DNA from: a virus
Lineage: Duplodnaviria; Caudoviricetes
IMG/VR virus record: IMGVR_UViG_3300021399_000106
Coordinates: 32,001 to 96,000 of that record
Length of the DNA: 64,000 nucleotides
Reading direction: 5' to 3' (one strand)
Each line of letters opens with the position of its first letter. Within the stretch, counting starts at the first letter, position 1. The translations under genes and the position numbers were made by a program. Shown in pieces: positions 18,578 to 29,393 of this stretch. The notes under the pieces are model-generated. The model had not been told where the DNA came from. It saw only the letters and a program-made list of their open reading frames with translations, and did no database searches.

Positions 18578-18710
18578 GAAAAAAGTAATTTACTAATGAG
18601 GAATAGTATCGCGGCGCATATAAGTCACCTTGATGACAAATATTATATGTAGCTGTAATTATAGTTAACGCTATAACAATTCAAAGGAGTTGAAATATCC
18701 TTTAATAAAA

Positions 18711-18794
18711 AGTCGCATACAGCAAAATAAAAAATCTTTTAAAAAGAAGACAAATAATACAATCAAAAAAATTATTTTGATAGTTATGGCGACT
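18711..18794 (+). ncRNA. Handle RNA 8 (AT-rich cargo)
   Basis: AGTCGC-ATACAGCAA...GCGACT. Confidence 0.65.
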
Positions 18795-18993
18795 GTGAAT
18801 GCCTATATATAAAAGACAATAGCGAAAGCGACTAGTAAATTTAAAGCATTGTTTAGTAGTATATAAGACTAGATCAGTCCTAAAATTTAATACCAATGTG
18901 CATAAGCACCTCAGTTATGTTATCATTGATATCAAATTAATTGGAAACAGGATTCCAAAATATGATATTATAATTAAAAGGAGAATTAGAAAT

Positions 18994-19428
18994 ATGAGAA
19001 CATTATATGAATCTGAATTAAAAGAATTACAAGGAAAGACTTTTACTGATGTGAAGGAGCTTGAAAAAGCAGAAGCTGAAGTAAAGGAAAATGCAACAAA
19101 AAAAGAGGTAGCGTTAGCAGAAAAGAAAGCCGATTTAGCTAAAATTAATGAATCAGCAAATAAATATTTAAAGCTAGTTGAAGAAAATAATAAAAAGCGT
19201 GAGGAATTAAGAAAAGCTGAACAAGAAGTTTATGAGGCTTATAAAAAGGAGTTAGATGATTTTGCTGAAAAACATCAAGGATACCATTTAACTTATCGTA
19301 AAGATGGAGATAATGTGGAATTCCAAATTGAGGAAGCTAAACATCAAACACTAGAAAATTATTATAAGGAAACTCAAGAAACCTTTAATAAATTATTTAA
19401 TAATTTTTTCAATTCATTTTGGTTTTAA
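18994..19428 (+). CDS. Coiled-coil hypothetical protein
   Basis: AAGGAG RBS, E/K/A-rich. Confidence 0.7.
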   Translation: MRTLYESELKELQGKTFTDVKELEKAEAEVKENATKKEVALAEKKADLAKINESANKYLKLVEENNKKREELRKAEQEVYEAYKKELDDFAEKHQGYHLTYRKDGDNVEFQIEEAKHQTLENYYKETQETFNKLFNNFFNSFWF

Positions 19429-19462
19429 TAAATAGATTGAAAATTTCTGAGGTATAATAAAT

Positions 19463-19490
19463 AAGCCGATTATATATCGGCTTTTATTTT
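19463..19490 (+). terminator. Intrinsic terminator
   Basis: AAGCCGAT/ATCGGCTT hairpin + T tract. Confidence 0.75.
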
Positions 19491-19523
19491 TTACTAAATT
19501 ATAAAAAGAAGAGGTATAATAAT

Positions 19524-19757
19524 ATGTCACAAAGAGTTGAAAATTTAGTTCAAATGTTAGATACTTATGTATCAGATGGTGGATATCACTTAAATGTAAA
19601 TGTATTTAATAGAGAATTATTATTAGACGCACAACAACATCCTGAAAAATATCCACAATTAACAATAAGGGTAAGTGGATACGCTGTCAACTTTGTAAAA
19701 TTGACAAAAGAACAACAGAACGACGTTATTTCAAGAACTATCCACGAATCTATGTAA
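19524..19757 (+). CDS. grcA: Autonomous glycyl radical cofactor
   Basis: HLNVNV and [15 protein letters not shown] motifs. Confidence 0.93.
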   Translation: MSQRVENLVQMLDTYVSDGGYHLNVNVFNRELLLDAQQHPEKYPQLTIRVSGYAVNFVKLTKEQQNDVISRTIHESM

Positions 19758-19982
19758 ATGTATAACCTACAATTAGGTAATAACCTCTTTGTAGACATAG
19801 GTGTAGGAGATATATTCATTTACAAATATAAAGAAAATTGTTTTGCAATAAAAGATGTAACTGAAAATTATAAACCTGAATTAAATGAATTTACGATTGA
19901 AATATTATCTTTTTATAGCAAAAGGCATTTTATATTTAAAAGAGATAATGGATATTATTGATGAGAAGAAACTAAATTTTAA
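19758..19982 (+). CDS. Hypothetical protein (tandem TGA TGA)
   Basis: ORF extended to TAA in code 4. Confidence 0.5.
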
Positions 19983-20062
19983 TATTTTTTAATATTTTTT
20001 ATAGGAATACAGTTGTTATTCCTATTTTTTATTGTATAATTATATGTAACTAGGAGGATACT

Positions 20063-21193
20063 ATGGAATTAGCGTTATTAAAATTTATAAAAGAACATGA
20101 AAATTGGGAAGAATTATTAACTAGAGACCCATATAACCTAAAAATAAATAGAGATGGTAAATATATTATATTTAAATATAATCAATTATGTTCTGATTTT
20201 AATTTACCAGAAGTTCAAGAAGCCCGAGGTATAATTTTTAGAGAATCAGATTGGAAGTGTGTTTGTCACGCCTTCAATAAGTTTGGAAATTATGGTGAAT
20301 CATATTGCCCTGAAATAGATTGGTCAACTGCATCTGTTCAAGAAAAAGTTGATGGTTCATTAATGAAAGTTTGGTATGATGAATATTGGCATATATCAAC
20401 TAATGGTACTATAGATGCTTTTAAAGCACCATTAGAATGTGCTAATAAAGAAATAACTTCTTATGGAGAACTATTCTTATATTGTTTAAAAGAAAATAAA
20501 CCTTCATTTCCATTTCAAGATTTTATTTCATTTTTAGATAAAGAATATTGTTTTATGTTTGAAATGGTATCACCTTATAATAGGGTTGTTATTGAGTACC
20601 TTGAATCTAAGTTATATTATTTAGGATGTAGAAATATGAGCACTCATCAAGAGTATGGTTTTGCAGATTATTTTCATATTCCATTTGTTAATGGTTTGGG
20701 TAATATATTAAATATGCCAAAACTATATCCATTACATACCTTAAAAGAAGTTCAAGAAGCAGCAAATGCCTTACCTTGGAATGAAGAAGGTTATGTAGTA
20801 TGTGATGCTAATTTCAATAGAGTTAAGATTAAATCTCCAGAATATGTTTTAGCGCATCACGGAAGAACTAATGGTAATATTTCTATTTCAAGATTATTAG
20901 AAATAATTTTAAATAATGAGATAGATGAATTCTTAATTTATGCAGATGAATATAAAGATAAAATAAATAATTTAATTGCTGAAATGGAATTATTTAAAAC
21001 TCAAGTTAAATTAGAAATTATAAATCTAGCTCCAGCAAATTATACTTCAAGAAAAGAATATGCAGAAGTAGTTAAGAGATACCCAGCATATATGCAATAT
21101 TTCTTATTTAGATATAAAACTATTAATGAAGAATTTAAGAAAATAAATATTTCTGGTTGGAAAAAGATATTAAGTGCGAGAGGCATTATTTAA
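20063..21193 (+). CDS. T4 Rnl1-like RNA ligase
   Basis: EARGIIF, FNKFGN, EKVDGSL, FEMVSPYN, EEGYVV and RVKIKS motifs. Confidence 0.9.
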   Translation: MELALLKFIKEHENWEELLTRDPYNLKINRDGKYIIFKYNQLCSDFNLPEVQEARGIIFRESDWKCVCHAFNKFGNYGESYCPEIDWSTASVQEKVDGSLMKVWYDEYWHISTNGTIDAFKAPLECANKEITSYGELFLYCLKENKPSFPFQDFISFLDKEYCFMFEMVSPYNRVVIEYLESKLYYLGCRNMSTHQEYGFADYFHIPFVNGLGNILNMPKLYPLHTLKEVQEAANALPWNEEGYVVCDANFNRVKIKSPEYVLAHHGRTNGNISISRLLEIILNNEIDEFLIYADEYKDKINNLIAEMELFKTQVKLEIINLAPANYTSRKEYAEVVKRYPAYMQYFLFRYKTINEEFKKINISGWKKILSARGII

Positions 21194-21217
21194 AAATAAT
21201 TAAGGAGGAAATACTTT

Positions 21218-21499
21218 ATGCAATCAACTATAATTTTTGAACGAGAATCAACTTATAAACCTAATTTTAAAATTAGAACGGTTAAAGTTAAATTTGAAGA
21301 TACAGATAATACTGTTTTATACTTTTCCCAAGTTCTTAATGGGGATTCAATTATATTTCAACAAACGTATAAAAATAAAACTTACGCTATAAGTAAAGCA
21401 AAACAGTTTGATGATGATTTGGCTTGGCATAAAGATATAAATATATTAAATTTATTATATAATAAACAAGAGAAAGAAGGACTGATTAAAAATGATTAA
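21218..21499 (+). CDS. Hypothetical protein
   Basis: AGGAGG RBS. Confidence 0.65.
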   Translation: MQSTIIFERESTYKPNFKIRTVKVKFEDTDNTVLYFSQVLNGDSIIFQQTYKNKTYAISKAKQFDDDLAWHKDINILNLLYNKQEKEGLIKND

Positions 21500-21725
21500 A
21501 ATAATAAAAAATGGAAAATTACCTAAAGAAGATAAGGTGATATTTAGAACAAAATGTGATAAATGTAATTGTGAGTTTAAATTTGAGCAAGAAGATTTTA
21601 CTAAAATTGAGAGACGTATTGATGGATATTATTTTATAGCCTGCCCATGTTGCGGTTATGAAATTGTCGGTAAATATGAAGACTTTAATCCTCAAGTGAT
21701 TAAAGTAGATACTAAGGAGGAATAG
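21492..21725 (+). CDS. Zn-ribbon protein
   Basis: CDKC...CPCC. Confidence 0.65.
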   Translation: MIKIIKNGKLPKEDKVIFRTKCDKCNCEFKFEQEDFTKIERRIDGYYFIACPCCGYEIVGKYEDFNPQVIKVDTKEE

Positions 21726-21728
21726 ATT

Positions 21729-22121
21729 ATGAGTTGTTATATTAGAAGTAAAGATGGTATATTTGGCGTATTGAATTTAGGAGAATTCTATACTGATAAT
21801 GTAGGAGATTATCCTTTAGAATATGCTTTAAAAACCGCTAGTAATCCAATAGAATTATGTGATGGTTTTTATATTGATCATGAAGATAGTAAGTTTAGTC
21901 TAACAAGAGTTTTTTCAGATTTTGACAAAGCAAAAACTTTGTATGATTCATTTAAAAAATTAGGAATTAAAGTAAAGTTAATCGGTTTTATTAAGACAGA
22001 TAAAGGTTTATTATTTTGTCTTATATATGACGATGAAGATAATAGGTTTTTTACTTTGTGGGAAAATATAGATTTTAAATATTACAATAAATGGAAAGAT
22101 AGTGTAATTAGAGGTGAATAA
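21729..22121 (+). CDS. Hypothetical protein
   Basis: RBS, operon packing. Confidence 0.65.
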   Translation: MSCYIRSKDGIFGVLNLGEFYTDNVGDYPLEYALKTASNPIELCDGFYIDHEDSKFSLTRVFSDFDKAKTLYDSFKKLGIKVKLIGFIKTDKGLLFCLIYDDEDNRFFTLWENIDFKYYNKWKDSVIRGE

Positions 22122-22124
22122 ATA

Positions 22125-22763
22125 ATGGAAAAAGAAAAAATGCCAATGACGTTGTGTGGTTATCAAATACCAAGCAAAGATATAAAAATTAGGAAAAAAT
22201 ATTTGGCTTCTGATGGTTGGAGATGGTATATAGAAGTTGCCGATTATGGGTGGGTTATATCTAATGCACCTGGATATGAAACATATACCAAAGACGGTTA
22301 TAAAAACAACTTAGGTTATGAAAAGAACTTTGAAGAAGCATATCAGTGGTTATTAGAAACATGTAAAAGAAATGACTGGACATTAAAAGAGATAGGAACT
22401 TCAGAAGAAGAAAAAGAAGTTTTGGATGATGAAGAATGTAATTTAGATATAAATAAGTCTTTATATAATATTGAAAATAGAAAAATATATGAATATGATG
22501 ATGACATCGCTATTTTATTCTATAAAGGATATAAAGTAGCAAAAGGAACCGTTGAAACATTTAGATGTAATTGGTGTGAAGAAATGAGTAATTGTAAGGA
22601 TATGAACGATTTTCTAGATGATATTGGTGTAGAACTTGTCGTAGAATTAGATGATGAGGATGTTAAAGATAATTGGGAACACATTTGGGATGAGTTGGAG
22701 TGGAATGAAGAAAGTAAATCGTATAAATATAAAAATTGGGAATGGATTGTATTAGATCTTTAA
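22125..22763 (+). CDS. Hypothetical Trp-rich protein
   Basis: RBS, 212 aa. Confidence 0.7.
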   Translation: MEKEKMPMTLCGYQIPSKDIKIRKKYLASDGWRWYIEVADYGWVISNAPGYETYTKDGYKNNLGYEKNFEEAYQWLLETCKRNDWTLKEIGTSEEEKEVLDDEECNLDINKSLYNIENRKIYEYDDDIAILFYKGYKVAKGTVETFRCNWCEEMSNCKDMNDFLDDIGVELVVELDDEDVKDNWEHIWDELEWNEESKSYKYKNWEWIVLDL

Positions 22764-22809
22764 TTTTTAATTGTATTATAATTATATTAGAATAAACAGG
22801 AGGTAACAT

Positions 22810-23835
22810 ATGATAAAATTTATAATGTTAATTGGTTTACCAGGAAGTGGTAAATCTACCTACGCAAACAAATTAATAGATAATAATACCGTATGGTTAT
22901 CTTCTGATAAAATAAGAGAAGAAATTTATGGAACTGAAGAGGAACAAAAAAATCCAGCATTAGTTTTCTCAATTATGTTTGATAGAACAGTTGAAAATCT
23001 AAATAATAATAAGAATGTTATTTATGATGCTACAAATATTAATAGAAAACTTAGAAAAGATTTATTAGATAGATTAAAAAGAAAAGTAAATAATGTCTAT
23101 TATGAATGTGTGCTAGTATATACAAACTTAGAAGAATGTAAGAAAAGAAATTCAAAAAGAGATAGAAAAGTTCCTGAATCTATAATTGATAAAATGGTTA
23201 AAAATTTTGAAGTTCCTGTTAAAGGAGAAGGTTGGGATAATATTGAAGTTAATTATACAACTAAACCATCAGTACCTTATGATAAAGTTATTGATATTTT
23301 TGTAAGTAAAGAGCCTCATGATAATCCTCATCATAATATGGATATTGATTTACATATGTATGCTGCTTGGGATTATTATGTAACACATTATGAATATGGT
23401 ATAGATAATTATTTAAAATATGCCATCTTATTTCATGATATAGGTAAGAAATTCTGTAAAACATATTATAATAGAAGGAATGAATTATGTGAAAAGGCAC
23501 ATTATTACCAACATGCAAATGCTGGAGCATATTTCGCTTTTGATATAGATTTTTCTAATTATAATGACCCTTATTTTGATGGAATATATCAAGATAAAGA
23601 ATTTACAGAAAATGATAAATACAATATGATAATATTAATTAACTATCATATGAGACCTCTAGAAGCTTGGAAGGATTCTAAAAAATCTGAAAATAAAGAT
23701 AAACTAATTTTAGGTGATAAATTATTTAATTATCTTGAAATATTACATGATTGTGATAAGAATTCTGAAGAGGATGAAAAGTTTGTTAAATGGTTTCTTG
23801 AAAAAATGGTTAAGGTATATAGAGGTGAAAACTAA
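22810..23835 (+). CDS. Polynucleotide kinase (AAA_33) fused to HD phosphohydrolase
   Basis: GLPGSGKST, YDATN; HDNPHH...FHDIGK...YHM...HDCD. Confidence 0.88.
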   Translation: MIKFIMLIGLPGSGKSTYANKLIDNNTVWLSSDKIREEIYGTEEEQKNPALVFSIMFDRTVENLNNNKNVIYDATNINRKLRKDLLDRLKRKVNNVYYECVLVYTNLEECKKRNSKRDRKVPESIIDKMVKNFEVPVKGEGWDNIEVNYTTKPSVPYDKVIDIFVSKEPHDNPHHNMDIDLHMYAAWDYYVTHYEYGIDNYLKYAILFHDIGKKFCKTYYNRRNELCEKAHYYQHANAGAYFAFDIDFSNYNDPYFDGIYQDKEFTENDKYNMIILINYHMRPLEAWKDSKKSENKDKLILGDKLFNYLEILHDCDKNSEEDEKFVKWFLEKMVKVYRGEN

Positions 23836-24056
23836 TGTCTGATTATATAACTATTGTAGATTATAATAAAAGATTTAAAGAAGCTGATATTAAGTTAAAA
23901 GATTATATGCAATCATTTAATCCTAAATCAGCCACATTTGTTAAAATTGATGATGAATTAATTCAAATAACCAAAGTGGATAAGAAATATTATGATTGTA
24001 TTGTAGATCACCTAAGTTTAATACCTATGGGTGGAGTTATATATTTAAAAGATTAA
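23835..24056 (+). CDS. Hypothetical protein
   Basis: Translationally coupled ORF. Confidence 0.6.
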   Translation: MSDYITIVDYNKRFKEADIKLKDYMQSFNPKSATFVKIDDELIQITKVDKKYYDCIVDHLSLIPMGGVIYLKD

Positions 24057-24072
24057 AGAGGTGATTAAATAA

Positions 24073-24402
24073 ATGCCAAAAAAGATTAATAATAAAAATC
24101 TAGTTCCTAGAAAGCGTAAATTAGTTGCACCAAAAGCATCTTTAATTTATAGTTCTGATTTTGTTGCAATGTTATATAAAAAATGTACCAGATATGAAGA
24201 AATGGAAAATGGTTTAAATATTGATTTAGAAACTTTATTTAATGCCATTGCAAAAGGAATATATTGTAATAATAAATTTATTCAAGTAAAATTAGGTGTA
24301 AATATTAATGGACAATTCGTTTTATATGGAAATGATGGTTCTATTTTTAAATTAAGCGATTATAAAAAGATTTGGTTTTTAAAGAAAGATAAGAGTGAAT
24401 AG
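24073..24402 (+). CDS. Hypothetical protein
   Basis: GAGGTG RBS. Confidence 0.6.
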   Translation: MPKKINNKNLVPRKRKLVAPKASLIYSSDFVAMLYKKCTRYEEMENGLNIDLETLFNAIAKGIYCNNKFIQVKLGVNINGQFVLYGNDGSIFKLSDYKKIWFLKKDKSE

Positions 24403-24404
24403 AT

Positions 24405-24602
24405 ATGAAAAGTTATTTTGATGAAGTTAGATATGATTATGGTGAGTTTAAAAGTTTAAACGATTTTTCAGATTTAGGTCAAGAATGGGCTGAAGAATTA
24501 GCAAACTATTTTGATGATACAAATAAAGCACAAATGGAAAGTTTATTAATGTTACTTAATATGGCTTATGATTTAGGACTAAAGAAAGGTAAGAGTAAGT
24601 AA
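24405..24602 (+). CDS. Hypothetical protein
   Basis: Operon packing. Confidence 0.55.
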   Translation: MKSYFDEVRYDYGEFKSLNDFSDLGQEWAEELANYFDDTNKAQMESLLMLLNMAYDLGLKKGKSK

Positions 24603-24603
24603 T

Positions 24604-24897
24604 ATGGAAGATATTAAATTAGAAAATAAAGAAATGGAAAAGAATGTAAACCATCCAGACCATTATAATACACATCCTATGGAATGTATTGATGAAATGG
24701 TTGTTGTTTTTGGTTTTGATGCTGTTATAGATTTCTGTAAATGTAATGCTTGGAAATATAGATACAGAGCTGGTAATAAAGATGATATTAAACAAGATTT
24801 AGCAAAGTCAGATTGGTATCTAAATAAAGCAAAAGAGTTACAATCTATGAAAAATGGAAATCCTTATTATGATAGTAGAGGAGTTAAATTACTATAA
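24604..24897 (+). CDS. DUF3310 (SaV-like) protein
   Basis: VNHPDHY...ECID...NAWKY..R...DLAKSDWYL. Confidence 0.88.
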   Translation: MEDIKLENKEMEKNVNHPDHYNTHPMECIDEMVVVFGFDAVIDFCKCNAWKYRYRAGNKDDIKQDLAKSDWYLNKAKELQSMKNGNPYYDSRGVKLL

Positions 24898-25202
24898 TGG
24901 TTGATAAAAATTTTAGAGACAGATTAAATTATTATTGCGAAATTAATGAAATTGATGATGAGGATAGACCTTTAATTTTAGATAATTCAGCATATGATAA
25001 TTCAATAATTGGTATTAGTAATGATAATAGATTAATTTATGATTATGGAAAAATGCTTGTTGAATATTCTCAAGATAATAAATGCACTATTGAAGAAGCA
25101 ATGGAATGGATTGAATATAATACTATAAGAGCAATAGCATATAATAGTGATGAGCATAAACCAATTATAATTTATAATAGACAAGTTATTGAGGAGATAT
25201 AA
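24897..25202 (+). CDS. Hypothetical phage protein
   Basis: EEAMEWIEYN motif, coupled ORF. Confidence 0.65.
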   Translation: MVDKNFRDRLNYYCEINEIDDEDRPLILDNSAYDNSIIGISNDNRLIYDYGKMLVEYSQDNKCTIEEAMEWIEYNTIRAIAYNSDEHKPIIIYNRQVIEEI

Positions 25203-25759
25203 TGATTGATAAACAAGATATTAAAGTTGAAATATTAAAATATCCAACAGAACAAGATTGGCTATGGGCTAAAACTTGTACTTTAAATACTGTAGGTAAA
25301 AAATTAAAATCTTCAACAAAAAGTGTTGATAATGAATATAAGGCAAAATTATTAGCATCTGAACATAGTCCTATTAGAGAATTATGATTTGGTATTAGAT
25401 TAACAATCCCATATTTCATTTCAGTTCATATAGTTAGACATCATATTGGTTGTAACCATTATGTATCAACCCAGAGAGATGATAGACATCCTGAAAGAGA
25501 AATATCAAGAGAGGATTTACCACAAGGACAATTCGTATCTCATATTTTATCAATTAATGCACAGGAATTAATGTTCTTTATGCATAAAAGATTATGTAAT
25601 CAAGCAGATCCTATAATGAGATATGTAGCTAATATGATAAAGAAAGAAGTATTAAAAACAAATCCTGAATTTGAAGGATTATTAGTTCCTTTATGTGAAT
25701 ATAGAAATAATAAATGCACAGAAATGTTCCCTTGTGAAAAAGCTAAAACTTTTAATTAA
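25202..25759 (+). CDS. thyX: Flavin-dependent thymidylate synthase (1 in-frame TGA)
   Basis: EHSPIRE(W), VRHH...STQR and KRLC motifs after joining two ORFs. Confidence 0.85.
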
Positions 25760-25790
25760 TTGTATAATTTATATATAGGTGGTGATATTT

Positions 25791-26582
25791 ATGGCAAATA
25801 TATTTAAGAGATTATGGCATAAAATAACAAGAAAGCCATATTGGTATCCTAATAAAGAATCTCAAAAAATGTTAAGAAAAGAAGCTGATGAGTTAATTGG
25901 TTGGGATAAAAGCATAAATCCATGTTGGAATAAATCTTGGAAATATTTTATTAAAAGACAATATCCTTGGTATGGCTTACTTGAATTATGTCAATTCAAA
26001 ATAATAGAAATGAGAGATTATATGCAAAATCACTCTTTTATTAATGAAGAAGATACTCAAAAACAAATAAAACAAATGACTGAGGTTATTGAATTAGGTA
26101 AAAAAATATTAGCAGATGAATATGAAAATGCTGCTTTCCAATGGAATAGAGATAATGAGGTTGGTATTACAATAATTTATAAAAAACCAGATTATCCAAA
26201 AAATGCCACATTTAAAGATAAAATTTCTTATAATAAGAAAAGAGAGGAATTAGGTAGATTATATAATACCGGAATTTTTGAGGAAATTATTGGAAACTCA
26301 GATTTCTATGATGAACGTTTATCTGATGAGGGTAAAACTAGATTATATAACTATGTTAAGGATAAAGATACTAGAAAATTATCTGAATGGTTAAAAGACA
26401 ATAATTTAACTGAAAATGATATAGAAACAGCATATACTTCTGAATATACAAATGGTTTAAGTGAGGAAGAAAATCATAAAATATCAACACAAATGTATGA
26501 AGAGGCTTGGCAAGATAGGAGAAATGATATCGCTAAATACTTTGAATGTATTGGTGAATATGAATATACGTGGGGTGATTAA
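25791..26582 (+). CDS. Hypothetical protein
   Basis: Long ORF, GGTGGTG RBS. Confidence 0.7.
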   Translation: MANIFKRLWHKITRKPYWYPNKESQKMLRKEADELIGWDKSINPCWNKSWKYFIKRQYPWYGLLELCQFKIIEMRDYMQNHSFINEEDTQKQIKQMTEVIELGKKILADEYENAAFQWNRDNEVGITIIYKKPDYPKNATFKDKISYNKKREELGRLYNTGIFEEIIGNSDFYDERLSDEGKTRLYNYVKDKDTRKLSEWLKDNNLTENDIETAYTSEYTNGLSEEENHKISTQMYEEAWQDRRNDIAKYFECIGEYEYTWGD

Positions 26583-26584
26583 TT

Positions 26585-27082
26585 TTGGGAATTAAAGAAT
26601 TAATTGAGGAAAGAAAAAAAATCAAAGAAAATAAGAAACTAATAAAGGAATTTCCGTTTTTACTCCCTAGAAATGTATGGACAGGAGAGGCAATTAGTAA
26701 TTATGACTACTCATTTACCGAATTAGACTCTATGCCTGATGGTTGGCGTAAATCATTTGGATTGGATATGTGTAAAGAAATTAAGGAAGAACTTTTAAAA
26801 TACAATGCCTTAGATGATTATAGAATAACACAAATTAAGGAAAAGTATGGAAGTTTAAGATGGTATGATAATGGGTATCCAAAAGATAGTAAAATAGGGG
26901 ATATCATTGAAAAATATGAAAAATTATCTGAAGAAGTTTGTATTAACTGTGGTAAACCTGCAAAGTACTATACTAAAGGATGGATTTCTTTTATTTGTGA
27001 GGATTGTAAAAATAAAATTATTAAGGAAAATAATTATTATTCCGAAGATTCTTTTGCATTAATTGAAGAGGAAGGTATATAG
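26585..27082 (+). CDS. Conserved phage protein (QIKEKYGSLRWY, Zn finger)
   Basis: CINC...CEDC. Confidence 0.7.
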   Translation: MGIKELIEERKKIKENKKLIKEFPFLLPRNVWTGEAISNYDYSFTELDSMPDGWRKSFGLDMCKEIKEELLKYNALDDYRITQIKEKYGSLRWYDNGYPKDSKIGDIIEKYEKLSEEVCINCGKPAKYYTKGWISFICEDCKNKIIKENNYYSEDSFALIEEEGI

Positions 27083-27086
27083 TAGT

Positions 27087-27269
27087 ATGGAAGTAAATAA
27101 CAATTTATTAACTTTTTTTGTTAACTTATTAGAAGAAGACTTTAATAATGTCGATGCATTATTAATGTTGAAAGAATGTGCAATGAATCAATGGAAGAAT
27201 GGTGAATTAACTGATTCTCAACACTGCGATATCGAGGCATATTTAGACTATAAATTAAGTTTATTATAG
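27087..27269 (+). CDS. Hypothetical protein
   Basis: Short ORF in operon. Confidence 0.55.
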   Translation: MEVNNNLLTFFVNLLEEDFNNVDALLMLKECAMNQWKNGELTDSQHCDIEAYLDYKLSLL

Positions 27270-27280
27270 GATGTGATAAT

Positions 27281-28285
27281 ATGAAGTATTTTGTTGTGAG
27301 TGATATTCACTCATTTGGAAATATTTTAGAAAAAACTTTAAAGAAGTGTGGTTTTAATAAAAGAGATAAAAATCATACTTTAATTGTTTGTGGAGATATT
27401 TTTGATAGAGGACTAGATACAATTAAAGTTTATAATTATTTAAAATCCATTCCTAAGAAAAGATGTATTTTAATTAGAGGAAATCATGAATCTCTTTATT
27501 TTAGTTTATTAAATAAGTATTATCCTGAATCACATGATTTTAGTAATGGTACCGTATCCACTTTTGTTCAAATAGCTGGATATGATTTAGATGTTCAATA
27601 TGACTTGAGATATGGATATCATATGTCCTATGGTTCATATTTTGAGTATGAACATATTGACCCTGAATGTAAAGATAAATGGAGAGATATTAAGAAAAAG
27701 GTAAAAGAGTCCGAAATTACTAAATGGTTACAATCTAAACAATGGATAAATTATTATGAATTAGATAACTATATATTTGTTCATTCATTTATTCCTTTAA
27801 AATTTCATGAAGAAGATTATAGAGGATTTAATGAAGATTATTGTATATATTATGGTTGGGTTCAAGCATTTGAGGAAAAACCTAATTGGCGTGAATCTAC
27901 TAATGAAGAATGGGATAAAGCAACTTGGGGTTGTGCATATACATTCTTTGATGCTGGTTTATTTAATCAAGAAAAAGTTAAAAATAAAATATTAGTTTGT
28001 GGACATTATAAATGTTCTGCATTTAATGAACATTATCTTAATATAGAAACAGATGATATTTATTATGGTAAAAATTTAATTGCAATTGATGCTACAACCG
28101 CTTTAAGTAATAAAATAAATGTATTAATAATAGATGAGGACGGAAAATGTTATGACCAAAATGGTTTATTGAAATATAAAAAACCAATACCCATTATAGA
28201 AACTGTAACAGTAAGTCCAGAAGAATACAAAAAATTGGTTGAAGAGGAATATCAAAAATATGCTAATGATGTAACAAATTCTTAG
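27281..28285 (+). CDS. Calcineurin-like metallophosphoesterase
   Basis: SDIH, GDIFDRG, RGNHE, FVHS and CGH motifs. Confidence 0.9.
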   Translation: MKYFVVSDIHSFGNILEKTLKKCGFNKRDKNHTLIVCGDIFDRGLDTIKVYNYLKSIPKKRCILIRGNHESLYFSLLNKYYPESHDFSNGTVSTFVQIAGYDLDVQYDLRYGYHMSYGSYFEYEHIDPECKDKWRDIKKKVKESEITKWLQSKQWINYYELDNYIFVHSFIPLKFHEEDYRGFNEDYCIYYGWVQAFEEKPNWRESTNEEWDKATWGCAYTFFDAGLFNQEKVKNKILVCGHYKCSAFNEHYLNIETDDIYYGKNLIAIDATTALSNKINVLIIDEDGKCYDQNGLLKYKKPIPIIETVTVSPEEYKKLVEEEYQKYANDVTNS

Positions 28286-28304
28286 AATAGAAAGGAGTGA
28301 TATA

Positions 28305-29225
28305 ATGCCAAAATTTAATTTAAATCCTAGTTTTAAACACTGGGAAAAGTATGATAATATCTTTATAATTAGTGATACCCACTTTGGTGATATAGTAACT
28401 GATACCATAAATGGAAATGATTATAGAGAAAAAAATACTGGTATTAAAACTCCTACTATTGATGAACAAGTTGCAAAAATAAATAAAATTTGTCATAAAA
28501 ATGATTTATTAATTATTTTAGGAGATATTGGTGATATTGAACCTATTAAGAAAATTAAAGCAGGTTATAAAGTATTAATTATGGGTAACCATGATCAAGG
28601 TAAATCTAATTATGAAAAACATATAAAATTAAGACCAGCTACCTATGAGGATATAAATGATAAATCTAAATTAATTTATAATTTCACCCCTCCAGTTGGT
28701 ATAGATACAATGAGGTGGTTAAGATTTGCAAGTATGGAATTAAATATTCCTTTATCAACTATTCATGAATATTTTAGAAATCCTAATAATTATGTGGAAT
28801 TAAAGCCAGATAAAGAAGCAATTTGTGGTATACAGGAATGTATAGCTGTTGTTGAAGTAGAAAATAAAGGTTTATTTGATGAAGTATGGCCTGGTGTTTG
28901 TCCAATAAAGGAAGATATAGTATTAAGTCATGAACCTTATGATTCTAAATATTGCTTAAATATTCATGGTCATGACCATAATTGTCAACTAATGAAGGAT
29001 TTAATTAAAGGAAAGGAAATTAAACCTGAAGAATATTTCGATACACAATTAAGTTATTGTAAGGATGCAAAACGTTATTATCTTAATGTTTGTTCTGAAT
29101 GGGTTAATTATGAACCAGTAAACCTAAAAAACATTATAAAATCCGGAATTTTAAAGGAAATACCTAATATTCATAGGGAAGCTATAGATAAGCAAATAGA
29201 AAATCCTGTTCATAATAAACACTAA
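28305..29225 (+). CDS. Metallophosphoesterase
   Basis: SDTHF, LGDI, GNHD, SHEP and HGHDH motifs. Confidence 0.88.
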   Translation: MPKFNLNPSFKHWEKYDNIFIISDTHFGDIVTDTINGNDYREKNTGIKTPTIDEQVAKINKICHKNDLLIILGDIGDIEPIKKIKAGYKVLIMGNHDQGKSNYEKHIKLRPATYEDINDKSKLIYNFTPPVGIDTMRWLRFASMELNIPLSTIHEYFRNPNNYVELKPDKEAICGIQECIAVVEVENKGLFDEVWPGVCPIKEDIVLSHEPYDSKYCLNIHGHDHNCQLMKDLIKGKEIKPEEYFDTQLSYCKDAKRYYLNVCSEWVNYEPVNLKNIIKSGILKEIPNIHREAIDKQIENPVHNKH

Positions 29226-29393
29226 ATTAAATAGATATTATTTTTACGCAAACTTTTCCTTTCATAGCGTTTAAATAATATCTTTTTTTATTGATTATTG
29301 TATATTTAATTAGCAGAATTTAATAAGAATATTTGAGTTTATATTATATAAAATACTCTTTAAATTGTATATTAACGTAAAGGAGTTGATTAA

